The notes beneath the pieces are model-generated. The model saw only the letters and a list, made by a program, of their open reading frames with translations, was not told the DNA's origin and did no database searches. DNA of 58,965 nt from Candidatus Woesearchaeota archaeon. Lineage in GTDB: Archaea; Nanobdellota; Nanobdellia; Woesearchaeales; UBA10216. A program made the position numbers and the translations under genes. Location: assembly GCA_002688315.1 (NCBI GenBank), contig NZCN01000009.1, forward strand, positions 1-58,965. The letters are read 5' to 3'. Below are positions 28,673-38,075 of this stretch, one piece after another; positions within the stretch are counted from its first letter, which is position 1, and each line of letters begins with the position of its first letter.

Positions 28673-30017
28673 ATTTGATGCAATAAGCCCATTGGATTAC
28701 AGGTATTATAGCGATAAGCTGCAGCCTTACCTTTCTGAAAACGCCGCCATAAGATATCAATTAATGGTTGAGGTTGCTCTTGTAAAAACACTTGCTGAGA
28801 AAAGAGTTTGCAATGAAAGCATTGCGAAAGAAGTTGAGGAAGCAAGCAAAAAAATAACTGCATCTGAAGTTTATGACGAGGAAAAAAGAATTAAGCACAA
28901 CATAAGAGCACTTGTTAATTGCATAAGAAGCAAAGTTAGTGAGGAAGCAAAACCGTTTGTACACTTTACAGCAACTTCTAACGACATAATATCTACTTCT
29001 GAATCTTTAAGAATAAAAGAAGCTGTTGAAAATGTTTTGTTGCCTGAGCTTCTTGAGCTTGAAAATGTTTTGATAGAAATCGCTGAACAAGAAAAAGATA
29101 CAATACAGATTGGAAGAACGCACGGCCAGCATGCAGAACCAATAACGTTTGGATTCACTATTGCAAGTTATGTTTCAAGATTGGGTGGAAGAATATTGAA
29201 AATAAAAGAAGCTGCTGCTAACCTTAAAGGAAAGTTTTCAGGAGCAGTTGGAGCTTACAATGCTTCCTCGCTTTTTATCAAAGATGCTGAAGAGTTTGAG
29301 AAATCTGTTCTGGAAAAAATAGGGCTTAAGCCAGGAAGCCATTCAACACAGCTTGTGGAAGCTGAATACGTAACTGATTTAATGCACGCAATTGTTTCTG
29401 CAATGGGAGTCATGGCTAACATTGCAGATGACATGAGGCATCTTCAGAGAAGCGAAATATCAGAAGTTTACGAACAGTTTGAATCAGAACAGGTTGGCTC
29501 CAGCACAATGCCGCACAAGCGCAACCCAATAAATTTTGAAAATGTTAAATCAATGTGGAAAGAATTTATGCCAAGAATGATGACAGTTTATTCTGACCAA
29601 ATATCTGAGCACCAGAGAGATTTGACTAATTCAGCTTCTTCAAGGTTTAACACAGAACTAATTGCAGCTGCTATGATAACTGCTTCCAGAATGAAAAAAG
29701 TCATGAGCAAAATAGGAGTTGATAAAACCAGTTTGAAAAATAATTTTGACAAAAATAAGAGCATGATAGCTGCAGAGCCTGCTTACATACTGCTGGCTGC
29801 TGCAGGACATCCTGATGCGCATGAAGCTGTAAGAAAGAAAACACTGGAAGAGCAAGATTTTATTAGCCTTTTAATGAGCGATAAAGAACTTGAACCTTAT
29901 CTAAAAAAAATGACAGAGCAACAACTAGAGATACTAAAGAACCCTGAAAAATATATTGGACTTGCTTCAGAAAAAACACAAAAAGTATGCAATGAATGGA
30001 AGGAAAAGTTAAAATGA
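28665..30017 (+). CDS. purB: adenylosuccinate lyase
   Basis: ISPLDYRY, GRTHGQHA and GSSTMPHKRNP motifs. Confidence 0.96.
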   Translation: MDKFDAISPLDYRYYSDKLQPYLSENAAIRYQLMVEVALVKTLAEKRVCNESIAKEVEEASKKITASEVYDEEKRIKHNIRALVNCIRSKVSEEAKPFVHFTATSNDIISTSESLRIKEAVENVLLPELLELENVLIEIAEQEKDTIQIGRTHGQHAEPITFGFTIASYVSRLGGRILKIKEAAANLKGKFSGAVGAYNASSLFIKDAEEFEKSVLEKIGLKPGSHSTQLVEAEYVTDLMHAIVSAMGVMANIADDMRHLQRSEISEVYEQFESEQVGSSTMPHKRNPINFENVKSMWKEFMPRMMTVYSDQISEHQRDLTNSASSRFNTELIAAAMITASRMKKVMSKIGVDKTSLKNNFDKNKSMIAAEPAYILLAAAGHPDAHEAVRKKTLEEQDFISLLMSDKELEPYLKKMTEQQLEILKNPEKYIGLASEKTQKVCNEWKEKLK

Positions 30018-31015
30018 GCTACAAAATAGCAACACTAGGCAGCCATTCAGCGCTTCAGATACTCAAAGGAGCAAAAGATGAAGGATTTGAAACAATAGCT
30101 ATCTGTGAAAAAGGAAGGGAAAAACCATACAAAAGCTTCAGAGTAGCTGACGAAATCATAACACTCAACAATTTTTCAGAGCTAACTAAAATAGAAAGCA
30201 AACTCAGAGAAAAAAATGCAATACTCATACCTCACGGAACTTATACAGGTGTAATGAGTCAGGAAGCTATTGAAAGATTAAAAGTAGCTTATTTTGGCAA
30301 CAGAAAAATCCTCAAATGGGAATATGACAGAACATTGCAGAGAGACTGGCTGAAAAAAGCAGGGTTAACGCTTCCAAAAATATTCAAAAAACCTGAAGAC
30401 ATAGACAGGCCTGTTATCATTAAATTCTTTGGAGCAAGAGGAGGGAAAGGTTTTTTCCTAGCTAAAACTACTGAAGAATTTTACAGAAAATTAAAAGCAA
30501 AAGAAGCAAAAAAATACATAATACAAGAATATGTTATAGGAGCACCAATCTACATACATTACTTCTACTCTCCAATAACTGATGAGCTTGAAATAATGAG
30601 CTTTGACAAAAGATATGAAAGCAATGTAGACAGCATAGGACGAATAGCTGCAAAAGACCAGCTTGATATGGGCCTGGACACAAGTTATAACATAACAGGC
30701 AATGTTCCAATTGTAGTAAGAGAATCTTTGCTACCAGAAATATTTGAAATGGGAGAATCAGTTGTTAAAGCAAGCAAAAAACTCGAGAAACAAGGCATGG
30801 TCGGGCCTTTCAGCCTTGAAACAGTAATAACACCAGACCTTAAGTTCTATGTCTTTGAAATATCTGCGAGAATAGTGGCAGGAACAAATTTTTTCATAAA
30901 TTCCAGCCCGTATGCAGACTTACGCTATAATGGACAGATGAGCACCGGAAGACGCATAGCTCGAGAGATAAAAATTGCAATAGAAAAAAATAAGTTGGGC
31001 GAGGTGTTAATATGA
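30014..31015 (+). CDS. purP: PurP-family ATP-grasp (AICAR formate ligase), copy 1
   Basis: IATLGSHSALQILKGAKDEGF and FEISARIVAGTN motifs. Confidence 0.92.
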   Translation: MSYKIATLGSHSALQILKGAKDEGFETIAICEKGREKPYKSFRVADEIITLNNFSELTKIESKLREKNAILIPHGTYTGVMSQEAIERLKVAYFGNRKILKWEYDRTLQRDWLKKAGLTLPKIFKKPEDIDRPVIIKFFGARGGKGFFLAKTTEEFYRKLKAKEAKKYIIQEYVIGAPIYIHYFYSPITDELEIMSFDKRYESNVDSIGRIAAKDQLDMGLDTSYNITGNVPIVVRESLLPEIFEMGESVVKASKKLEKQGMVGPFSLETVITPDLKFYVFEISARIVAGTNFFINSSPYADLRYNGQMSTGRRIAREIKIAIEKNKLGEVLI

Positions 31016-32136
31016 TAACAAAAAAAGAGCTGCAAACAATAATAAAAGAATACGGAAAAGATGTAACAATAGGAAGCCTTGGAGGGCATTCTGCTCTTGA
31101 TGTTTGCAGAGGAGCAAAAGATGAAGGCTTAAGAACAGTTGTTGTTTGCCAGAAAGGACGCGAAAAAACATATACTAATTACTATAAAAGCAGGAATGGT
31201 GTAGGAGTTGTTGATGAAGTCATTGTTGTTGATAAATTTTCTGACATTGTAAAAGAGGAAGTGCAAAAAAAATTACAACAACTTAATACTGTATTTGTGC
31301 ACAGCAGATATTTCTGGGTTTACTGCGATATTGATAAGATTGAAAACAACTTCAAAATTCCATTTTTCGGAACAAGGCAACTAGTAAAAAAAGAAGAAAG
31401 GCACGAAGAAAACAACCAATATTTTCTTTTGGATAAAGCAGGAATAAAAACACCGCAACGCTTTGAAAATCCCAAAGATATCGACAGGCTTGTGCTTGTA
31501 AAAGTAGCTGAAGCTGCCCGCGTATATGAAAGAGCATTCTTTTTTGCGGCGAGTTACGATGAATATGTTGAAAAATCAAAGCAGTTGTTAGACAAAATAA
31601 CAATCACAGAAGACGCGCTCAAAAGAAGCATAATAGAAGAGTTTGTAGTTGGAGCATTAATAAATTTTAACTTCTTTTACTCGCCGCTCACAAAAAAAGT
31701 CGAGCTATTAGGAACAGACATCAGACGGCAAACTAATATTGATGGCTTGCTCAGGTTAACTGCTCCAGAGCAGAACGAAGTATTGAAGCACAACAAAGTA
31801 AAATACATTGAAACAGGGCATATTGCAGTAACCGTTAAAGAATCTCTTCTTGAAAAAGCTTATGAAGCTGCTGAAAAATTTGTAAAAGCAACACAAAAGC
31901 ATTATCCGCCAGGAATAATAGGTCCTTTTGCTTTGCAAGGAGCTATCATAGCAGGCCCGCCAAAAGAAGAATTCGTGGTTTTTGATGTAAGCATGCGCAT
32001 CCCAGGAAGCCCAGGCACCAGATATACGCCGTACATGAATTATGTTTATGGGCAAGACGTAAGCGTGGGAAGAAGAATAGCCATGGAAATAAAAAAAGCT
32101 GTTGAAGAAGGTAAGTTGTTGGATATAGTGACGTAA
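31012..32136 (+). CDS. purP: PurP-family ATP-grasp, copy 2 (PurP-like)
   Basis: LGGHSALDVCRGAKDEG, RRQTNIDG and FDVSMRIPGSPG motifs. Confidence 0.88.
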   Translation: MITKKELQTIIKEYGKDVTIGSLGGHSALDVCRGAKDEGLRTVVVCQKGREKTYTNYYKSRNGVGVVDEVIVVDKFSDIVKEEVQKKLQQLNTVFVHSRYFWVYCDIDKIENNFKIPFFGTRQLVKKEERHEENNQYFLLDKAGIKTPQRFENPKDIDRLVLVKVAEAARVYERAFFFAASYDEYVEKSKQLLDKITITEDALKRSIIEEFVVGALINFNFFYSPLTKKVELLGTDIRRQTNIDGLLRLTAPEQNEVLKHNKVKYIETGHIAVTVKESLLEKAYEAAEKFVKATQKHYPPGIIGPFALQGAIIAGPPKEEFVVFDVSMRIPGSPGTRYTPYMNYVYGQDVSVGRRIAMEIKKAVEEGKLLDIVT

Positions 32137-32156
32137 AATTATTTTTGAGGAAAGAA

Positions 32157-33680
32157 ATGATATTAGTCGTAGACTTTGGAAGCCAGCTAGCACATCTAAT
32201 TGCCCGACGCATAAGGTCATTAGGAGTTTACACTGAGATAGTAGAGCCGACAGTAAAAGCCTCTTGGATAAAAAACCAAAAACCTCAAGGAATAATACTT
32301 TCTGGAGGCCCGCAAAGCGTTTACGAAAAAGATTCCTTAACGTTAGACAAAGAGCTTCTTGAATTAGGAATACCAATATTAGGAATCTGCTATGGGCACC
32401 AATTGTTAGCGCAGGTACTAGGAGCAAAAGTAATACCAGCAAACAAAGAATACGGTAAAGAAACTCTTACAGTAAAAAAATCAAAGCTGTTAAAAGGACT
32501 GGATAAAAAAGAACAGGTATGGGCAAGCCATGGAGATACTGTGTTAAGCGCTCCAGAAGGGTTTGAAGTTGTCGGTGCAACAGAAGAATGCAACATAGCT
32601 GCTTTTGAAAACAGTGATAAGAAAATATATGGAGTGCAGTTCCATCCGGAAGTTGCGCACACAATCAACGGCATGAAAGTATTGAAAAATTTTGTTGAAA
32701 TCACAGGGGGCGGGAAAGGTTACTCAATAAAAGGGCTTGACCGCAAACTTGTTGCAGAAATAAAATCAACAGTAAAGGACGGGGCAGTAATAATGGGAGT
32801 GAGCGGAGGAGTTGACAGCCTAGTAGCCTCTGTTCTGGTAAGAACGGCAACGCCAAACATTTACTGTGTTTTTGTTGACCACGGGCTTATAAGGAAAAAT
32901 GAAAAGCAGGAAGTAGCAGAACTCTACAGAAAGCTGCAGTTCAAGCATTTCTACTACGTTGACGCTGCAAAACTCTTTTTGCACAGGCTGAAAGGAATAA
33001 CAGACCCTGAAAAAAAGAGAAAAATAATCGGGAATACCTTTATTGAAGTTTTTGAGAGGAAAGTAAAAGAGCTAAAAAAGTATCACGACATAAAGTATTT
33101 AGGACAGGGAACAATATACCCTGACAGGATAGAATCTGCAAAAGCTTCCAAGCAGGCTTCTGTTATTAAGACGCATCACAATGTTGGAGGGCTGCCTGAA
33201 AAGATGAAGCTAAAGCTGGTTGAGCCTCTTAAAGACTTGTACAAGGATGAAGTAAGGGAACTGGGAAAAGAGCTGGGATTAAAAAAAGAATGGCTATGGA
33301 AGCACCCATTCCCAGGGCCAGGATTAGCAGTAAGAATACCAGGAATAGTAACTCCACAAAAAATAGCACTTCTAAAAGAAGCAGATGCAATCTTCATGGA
33401 AGAGCTTAAGAAAAGTGGTTATTACGATAAAACCTGGCAGGCCTTTGCTGCACTGCTGCCAGTCAAGGCAGTAGGAGTGATGGGAGACGCCAGAGCTTAC
33501 GGTTATATAATTACGTTGCGGGCTGTTACCAGTCAGGATGCAATGACAGCAGACTGGGCCAAGCTGCCACCAGAATTGCTGGAAAGAGTTTCAACAAAAA
33601 TAACAAAGAAAGTGAAAGGAGTTACGAGAGTATTGTATGACATCAGCCAGAAACCGCCGGCAACGATAGAATACGAATAA
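32157..33680 (+). CDS. guaA: GMP synthase (glutamine-hydrolysing, fused)
   Basis: DFGSQ, GICYGHQ, QFHPEV, SGGVDS, IKTHHNVGG and KPPATIEYE motifs; start taken at ATG 32157. Confidence 0.96.
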   Translation: MILVVDFGSQLAHLIARRIRSLGVYTEIVEPTVKASWIKNQKPQGIILSGGPQSVYEKDSLTLDKELLELGIPILGICYGHQLLAQVLGAKVIPANKEYGKETLTVKKSKLLKGLDKKEQVWASHGDTVLSAPEGFEVVGATEECNIAAFENSDKKIYGVQFHPEVAHTINGMKVLKNFVEITGGGKGYSIKGLDRKLVAEIKSTVKDGAVIMGVSGGVDSLVASVLVRTATPNIYCVFVDHGLIRKNEKQEVAELYRKLQFKHFYYVDAAKLFLHRLKGITDPEKKRKIIGNTFIEVFERKVKELKKYHDIKYLGQGTIYPDRIESAKASKQASVIKTHHNVGGLPEKMKLKLVEPLKDLYKDEVRELGKELGLKKEWLWKHPFPGPGLAVRIPGIVTPQKIALLKEADAIFMEELKKSGYYDKTWQAFAALLPVKAVGVMGDARAYGYIITLRAVTSQDAMTADWAKLPPELLERVSTKITKKVKGVTRVLYDISQKPPATIEYE

Positions 33681-33754
33681 GTCTTGTCACCATTCCATAA
33701 TACTCAACAAAGTATTAATAGTGGTGGCGTTTATTACTCAGTGTAGGTGGTATT

Positions 33755-34435
33755 GTGGGGTTTTTAAAGTTCTTGCATAAAGGTAAAAAGGAAGAGAGCT
33801 CTAAAGAGCTGATTCATGAGCCTTTGCTGCCGCCTAAAATAAACGAAGAGAAAGAAGCAGGAGGACTTCCTGATTTTTCTGAAGAAAGCCATACTGAAGA
33901 GCTAAAGCTGCCTGATGTATCTGAATTGGAAGTTAACGAAGAAGAAAGCCCTGAAATCCCTGATTTTTCTAAACCAGCTGAATTTCACCCAGCTAAAGAA
34001 GAGATATCTCCAATTAAACTACATAAACCGATGGAAATAAGAAAACCTATAGAAATGCCGGAAATACCTATTCCTAAGCCAAGAAAACCAATTGAAATGC
34101 CTGAGATTAGGCTTCCAAAACTAGAACCAGTTGAGCAAAGATCAGAGGAAGCCTACAAATACACTCCTATAAGGCCTACAGGACCTCGTGAAGAAGAACC
34201 AGAGCACCATATTGAAGAAATGCCAAGGATTAGAGGGGATGTTTTTGTAAAAGCACAGGATTACAGGGAAATAATAGAAGGGCTTGAAGATTTGATAAGC
34301 TCGCAAAAGGAAAAGCTTTCAAAAGAAGAAAAAGACGCTTTTATGATTGAGGAAAAAGCGCATGACAAGTTTGTAAATGGGATTGAAGACTTGCAACGCA
34401 ATCTTATAACAACCGAGAATACGATGTTTGAATGA
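33755..34435 (+). CDS. hypothetical protein: N-terminal amphipathic helix, Pro/Glu-rich linker, C-terminal coiled coil
   Basis: Begins MGFLKFLHKGKK; RKPIEMPEI occurs twice; VFVKAQDYREI motif. Confidence 0.75.
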   Translation: MGFLKFLHKGKKEESSKELIHEPLLPPKINEEKEAGGLPDFSEESHTEELKLPDVSELEVNEEESPEIPDFSKPAEFHPAKEEISPIKLHKPMEIRKPIEMPEIPIPKPRKPIEMPEIRLPKLEPVEQRSEEAYKYTPIRPTGPREEEPEHHIEEMPRIRGDVFVKAQDYREIIEGLEDLISSQKEKLSKEEKDAFMIEEKAHDKFVNGIEDLQRNLITTENTMFE

Positions 34436-34444
34436 GGTGAAAAA

Positions 34445-34657
34445 ATGAAAGCCCCGGTTTTTGTTAAAATAGACAAGTACAGAGAAGTAGAAGAAACTAT
34501 CAAGCAAATAAAAGACAAATTACAAGAAGCAAAAGACATGGTGCATCGAATAAGTGAAATGAAGTCAGAAGAAGAGCAAGAACTTCACTTATGGAATGAA
34601 AACTTAAAGCAGATGGAAGAAAAAATATCAGTAGTAGAACATTCAATGATAAGATAA
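34445..34657 (+). CDS. small coiled-coil protein, paralogous to the C-terminus of the upstream gene
   Basis: PVFVKIDKYREV motif; GAGGTGA SD. Confidence 0.78.
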   Translation: MKAPVFVKIDKYREVEETIKQIKDKLQEAKDMVHRISEMKSEEEQELHLWNENLKQMEEKISVVEHSMIR

Positions 34658-34664
34658 GGATAAA

Positions 34665-35057
34665 ATGACGGAAAAAGAAGAGCCAATATATGTAGGAGTA
34701 GAAAACCCTGTAGAGATAAGAAGGGCTCTTTTGGAATCCTCAAAAAGCCTGATAAAAATACTGCAAGAAAATGAAAGCAGAAGGCAAAGAAGAGAGCAAA
34801 AGCATAAGTTTGTGGTTGAACTAAAGAGTAAAATTAAAGAGATTAATCAACTAATAATACACTTAAAATCAGAGCTGCCAAAAATCAAAATGAGCAGTTT
34901 GCCTAAAAAAGCAAAACCAGAGCCAGTTGTTCCTGTTGTTAAAAAAGAAATAAAGCTACTGCCAAAGCCTAAACCAAAACCAATCCGCTTATCAGAAGCA
35001 CAGGAGCTTGAAAAAGAGCTTCACGACATAGAGTCAAAATTGAGCAGACTAGGATAA
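34665..35057 (+). CDS. coiled-coil hypothetical protein
   Basis: PIYVGVENPVEIRRALLESSK; C-terminal ELEKELHDIESKLSRL. Confidence 0.78.
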   Translation: MTEKEEPIYVGVENPVEIRRALLESSKSLIKILQENESRRQRREQKHKFVVELKSKIKEINQLIIHLKSELPKIKMSSLPKKAKPEPVVPVVKKEIKLLPKPKPKPIRLSEAQELEKELHDIESKLSRLG

Positions 35058-35107
35058 GCTAATTCTAGGTTAAATTTAAATAGCAAACAAAAGCTTCTTT
35101 ATTGTAT

Positions 35108-35238
35108 GCGGGGGTAGCTAAGTCCGGCTAAAAGCGATAGACTCAAGAAAGTTGAGTGGTGAGCGAAAGCAATGATCGCCCATTTATGCGGAATCTATTC
35201 CCTTAGTGGGTTCAGGGGTTCAAATCCTCTCCCCCGCA
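35108..35238 (+). tRNA. tRNA-Leu(CAA) with a 45-nt intron at 37/38 (35148-35192)
   Basis: Acceptor GCGGGGG/CCCCCGC; anticodon arm ATAGA-CTCAAG^A-TCTAT; long variable arm; GGTTCAAATCC. Confidence 0.9.
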
Positions 35239-35240
35239 TT

Positions 35241-35738
35241 TTATTTTTTAGAAGATTTTTTTCTTGAATCAAGGATTTTTTTTGCTTTCTTTCTTAAGTT
35301 GCTGTCAAGCATGTAACCAAAGCAATTATCTGCATCGCATTTGCAGGGATAATCCTCGAAATCTTCAAGGTCGTAAGAATAATCGTAAGTAAGTTCTTCG
35401 CCTTTCTTTATACTACGGGCAGCAGCAATCCAAATCTTGCCTTTGCGGATAATTATTTCGCAGTTTGGATCGCAGGAATTGTTAACAAATCTGCCGTCGT
35501 TGTAAGGAACATTGCCGTCTATATCATATTTGCTGTTTAATTCAAAAATAAAAACAGAGCTTTCATTTTCTTTTGCTTTTTCAAGCAGTTCTTCTGAACG
35601 CCTGTCGCCTTCTTTCTTGGTTATTTTCTCACCTTGGTATTCCATGATATAAGTTCCTTTGCGAATATTCTTTGCTGCAAAGACTCCGTTCTTATGGATT
35701 TTTGATTTTGTTATGGAGTATAATTTAGGTTTTGACAT
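35241..35738 (-). CDS. SET-domain lysine methyltransferase with post-SET cysteines
   Basis: GVFA, RFVNNSCDPNC, GEELTYDY and C.C....C motifs. Confidence 0.9.
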   Translation of the reverse strand: MSKPKLYSITKSKIHKNGVFAAKNIRKGTYIMEYQGEKITKKEGDRRSEELLEKAKENESSVFIFELNSKYDIDGNVPYNDGRFVNNSCDPNCEIIIRKGKIWIAAARSIKKGEELTYDYSYDLEDFEDYPCKCDADNCFGYMLDSNLRKKAKKILDSRKKSSKK

Positions 35739-35818
35739 GCTTTTTGGCTAATTGAAGCTGCTTATATCTTTTTCTATGGTAGAAACCTATATAAATCAGC
35801 AGAAAATTCCATTAGACT

Positions 35819-36199
35819 ATGAAAATAAGCGAATTAACAGCAAGGCAGGGAAATGTTGAAGTAACAGGAGAAGTTACTGAGGTAGAAGAACCTCGCACTT
35901 TCAATAAAGCTGGGAAAGAAGGAAGAGTTACTAATGCGATTCTTAAGGATGACTCTGGACAGATTAAGCTGAGCTTGTGGAACGAACAAATAGATGCGGT
36001 AAAGCAAGGCAGCAAAATAACCATCAAAAACGGTTATGTAAACGAATGGCAAGGAGAACTTCAGCTTACAACCGGAAAGTTTGGAACACTTGAAGTAGGT
36101 GAATCAGCAGGACCAGTTGAAGAATTAAAGGAAGAAACTCCTGCTGAAGAAAAAAAGGAAGAACCCAGCAGTGTTAAGGAAGAGAGTTTAGGAGAGTAA
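35819..36199 (+). CDS. single OB-fold ssDNA-binding protein (SSB/RPA)
   Basis: LKDDSGQIKLSLWNEQ and NGYVNEWQGELQL motifs; acidic tail. Confidence 0.88.
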   Translation: MKISELTARQGNVEVTGEVTEVEEPRTFNKAGKEGRVTNAILKDDSGQIKLSLWNEQIDAVKQGSKITIKNGYVNEWQGELQLTTGKFGTLEVGESAGPVEELKEETPAEEKKEEPSSVKEESLGE

Positions 36200-36253
36200 T
36201 CGTTATTTCTATCAAAAAGAATTTAAATGCCTTCTTAACACAAGTATAGTGAA

Positions 36254-36327
36254 GGGAGCGTAGTTCAGCCTGGGAGAACACACCGCTGAAGCCGGTGACG
36301 TCCCCGGTTCAAATCCGGGCGCTCCCA
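36254..36327 (+). tRNA. tRNA-Phe(GAA)
   Basis: GGGAGCG/CGCTCCC acceptor; CACCG-CTGAAGC-CGGTG anticodon arm; CCCGG-TTCAAAT-CCGGG T arm. Confidence 0.95.
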
Positions 36328-36383
36328 TTGTTAAATAAACTTTATAAATAACAGCAGATTACGGTTTAATGTTGGGGATGGTA

Positions 36384-37121
36384 ATGAAGTTAACTCTCGC
36401 AGAGCCTAAATATTTGAAAGATAGCATATCAATAATTTCTGAGCTTGTTAATGAAACAAGGATTAAAGTAAGCAGCGAAGGTATTGAATTGATTGCAATG
36501 GATCCTGCTAACGTTGCTATGATTGTTTTCAAGCTTCTGCCAAGCGCTTTTACAGAGTATAATGTTGAGAAGCCTGTTGACATTGCGATTAACCTGGCAA
36601 ATTTCAGGCAGATATTGCGAAGAGCAAACCCAACAGACACGCTAAGCATGGAGTTAGCAGATAACAAACTGAAAGTGCAGTTAAAATCATCATCAACAAG
36701 AACATTTGACCTGCCAATAATTGACATTGAGGAAAAAGAGCAGAAAGTTCCTGAGCTGAAGTTTCCGGTAAGCATACAAACTTCTTCAATGGTTCTAAAC
36801 GAAGCTATTGGGGATGCTGAAACAGTAGCAGAATCTGTCAGCTTCATGGCTGAGCCAGGAATCTTTGCGCTAAATGCTGAAGGAGACATGAACAAAGCTG
36901 CCATTGAAATAAAAGCAGACGACACTACAAAGATAGAGGCAACTGAGAAAACAGATTCAAAGTATTCTGTTGAGTATCTTAAGAAAATGATTGAAGGAAG
37001 CAAACTGGCAGACAACGTAACAATACAGTTCAATAAAGACTATCCATTGAAACTAACATACGCAACAGTTGACAAAGTAATGCTCAGCTTTATTCTCGCA
37101 CCAAGAGTGGATAATGAATAA
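36384..37121 (+). CDS. pcn: DNA polymerase sliding clamp PCNA
   Basis: IAMDPANVAM, SKYSVEYLKKM, DYPL and FILAPR motifs. Confidence 0.95.
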   Translation: MKLTLAEPKYLKDSISIISELVNETRIKVSSEGIELIAMDPANVAMIVFKLLPSAFTEYNVEKPVDIAINLANFRQILRRANPTDTLSMELADNKLKVQLKSSSTRTFDLPIIDIEEKEQKVPELKFPVSIQTSSMVLNEAIGDAETVAESVSFMAEPGIFALNAEGDMNKAAIEIKADDTTKIEATEKTDSKYSVEYLKKMIEGSKLADNVTIQFNKDYPLKLTYATVDKVMLSFILAPRVDNE

Positions 37122-37163
37122 GTAAAGACAAATTTTAAAAACTAATAACTAATTCTTACACTC

Positions 37164-38075
37164 ATGGAAAACGTTGTCATTCTAGGGAGTGGGATAGCGG
37201 GACTTACTGCAGCAATTTACAATGCTCGAGCTAATCTGAAGCCTGTTGTTGTTTCTGGAATCAAAGAAGGAGGGCAATTGATGCTGACAACCAGTGTAGA
37301 GAATTTTCCGTGCTTTCCTAAAGGAATACTTGGGCCTGAGATGGTAAGCAAGGCTCGCGAGCAAGCTAAAAAGTTCGGGGCAAGGTTTGAGGATGGAGAT
37401 GTTAAAAAAGTTGAAGTTAAAGGGAAAACTTTTGTTGTAACAACTGATGAAGGCAAAATAGAATCAAAAGCAGTTATAGTTGCTACAGGCGCCAGTGCAA
37501 GAATGCTTGGCCTAGAATCTGAAAAAAAGTATTTTGCAAGAGGAGTGCATACATGCGCTACATGCGATGGAATTTTCTACGTTGGAAAAGAAATTGTAGT
37601 GATTGGAGGAGGAGACAGTGCTATGGAAGAAAGTTTGTTCTTAACAAAGCACGCGACTAAAGTAACTATTATTCACCGCAGAGATTCATTCAGAGCTTCA
37701 AAAATAATGCAGGAAAGGATTAAGAAAAATAAAAAAATATCCGTAATTTTTGACAGTGTTGTTGAAGAAGTTCTTGGAGATGAAGGAAAAGTAACAGGCA
37801 TTAAAATAAAAAATGTTAAAACAAATGAAGAAAAAGAAATGAAGACTGATGCTGTGTTTCTTTCTATTGGGCATATTCCAAACACAAAATTTCTGGAAGG
37901 GGTTGTTGATCTTGATGAGCAAGGCTATATCAAGACAGAGCATAACATGCATACAGCAGTTCCTGGATTGTTTGCAGCAGGAGATTGCCAAGATCGCGTA
38001 TACAGGCAAGCTATAACAGCAGCAGGCACAGGATGTCAGGCTGCATTAGAAGCTGAGAAGTATTTGGAAGCTTAA
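37164..38075 (+). CDS. trxB: thioredoxin reductase
   Basis: GSGIAGLTAAIY, CATCDG, GGGDSAMEE and QAITAAG motifs. Confidence 0.95.
   Translation: MENVVILGSGIAGLTAAIYNARANLKPVVVSGIKEGGQLMLTTSVENFPCFPKGILGPEMVSKAREQAKKFGARFEDGDVKKVEVKGKTFVVTTDEGKIESKAVIVATGASARMLGLESEKKYFARGVHTCATCDGIFYVGKEIVVIGGGDSAMEESLFLTKHATKVTIIHRRDSFRASKIMQERIKKNKKISVIFDSVVEEVLGDEGKVTGIKIKNVKTNEEKEMKTDAVFLSIGHIPNTKFLEGVVDLDEQGYIKTEHNMHTAVPGLFAAGDCQDRVYRQAITAAGTGCQAALEAEKYLEA

Noticed and set aside
3649-33397. Numerous antisense ORFs of 60-230 aa opposite pyr/pur genes (e.g. 3649-4269, 21980-22492, 31756-32442)
   Set aside because: They are shadows of well-supported genes, with no motifs and Ser/Phe-rich antisense composition
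34028-34110. Short repeat encoding RKPIEMPEI twice
   Set aside because: A coding low-complexity linker duplication, not a CRISPR or mobile repeat
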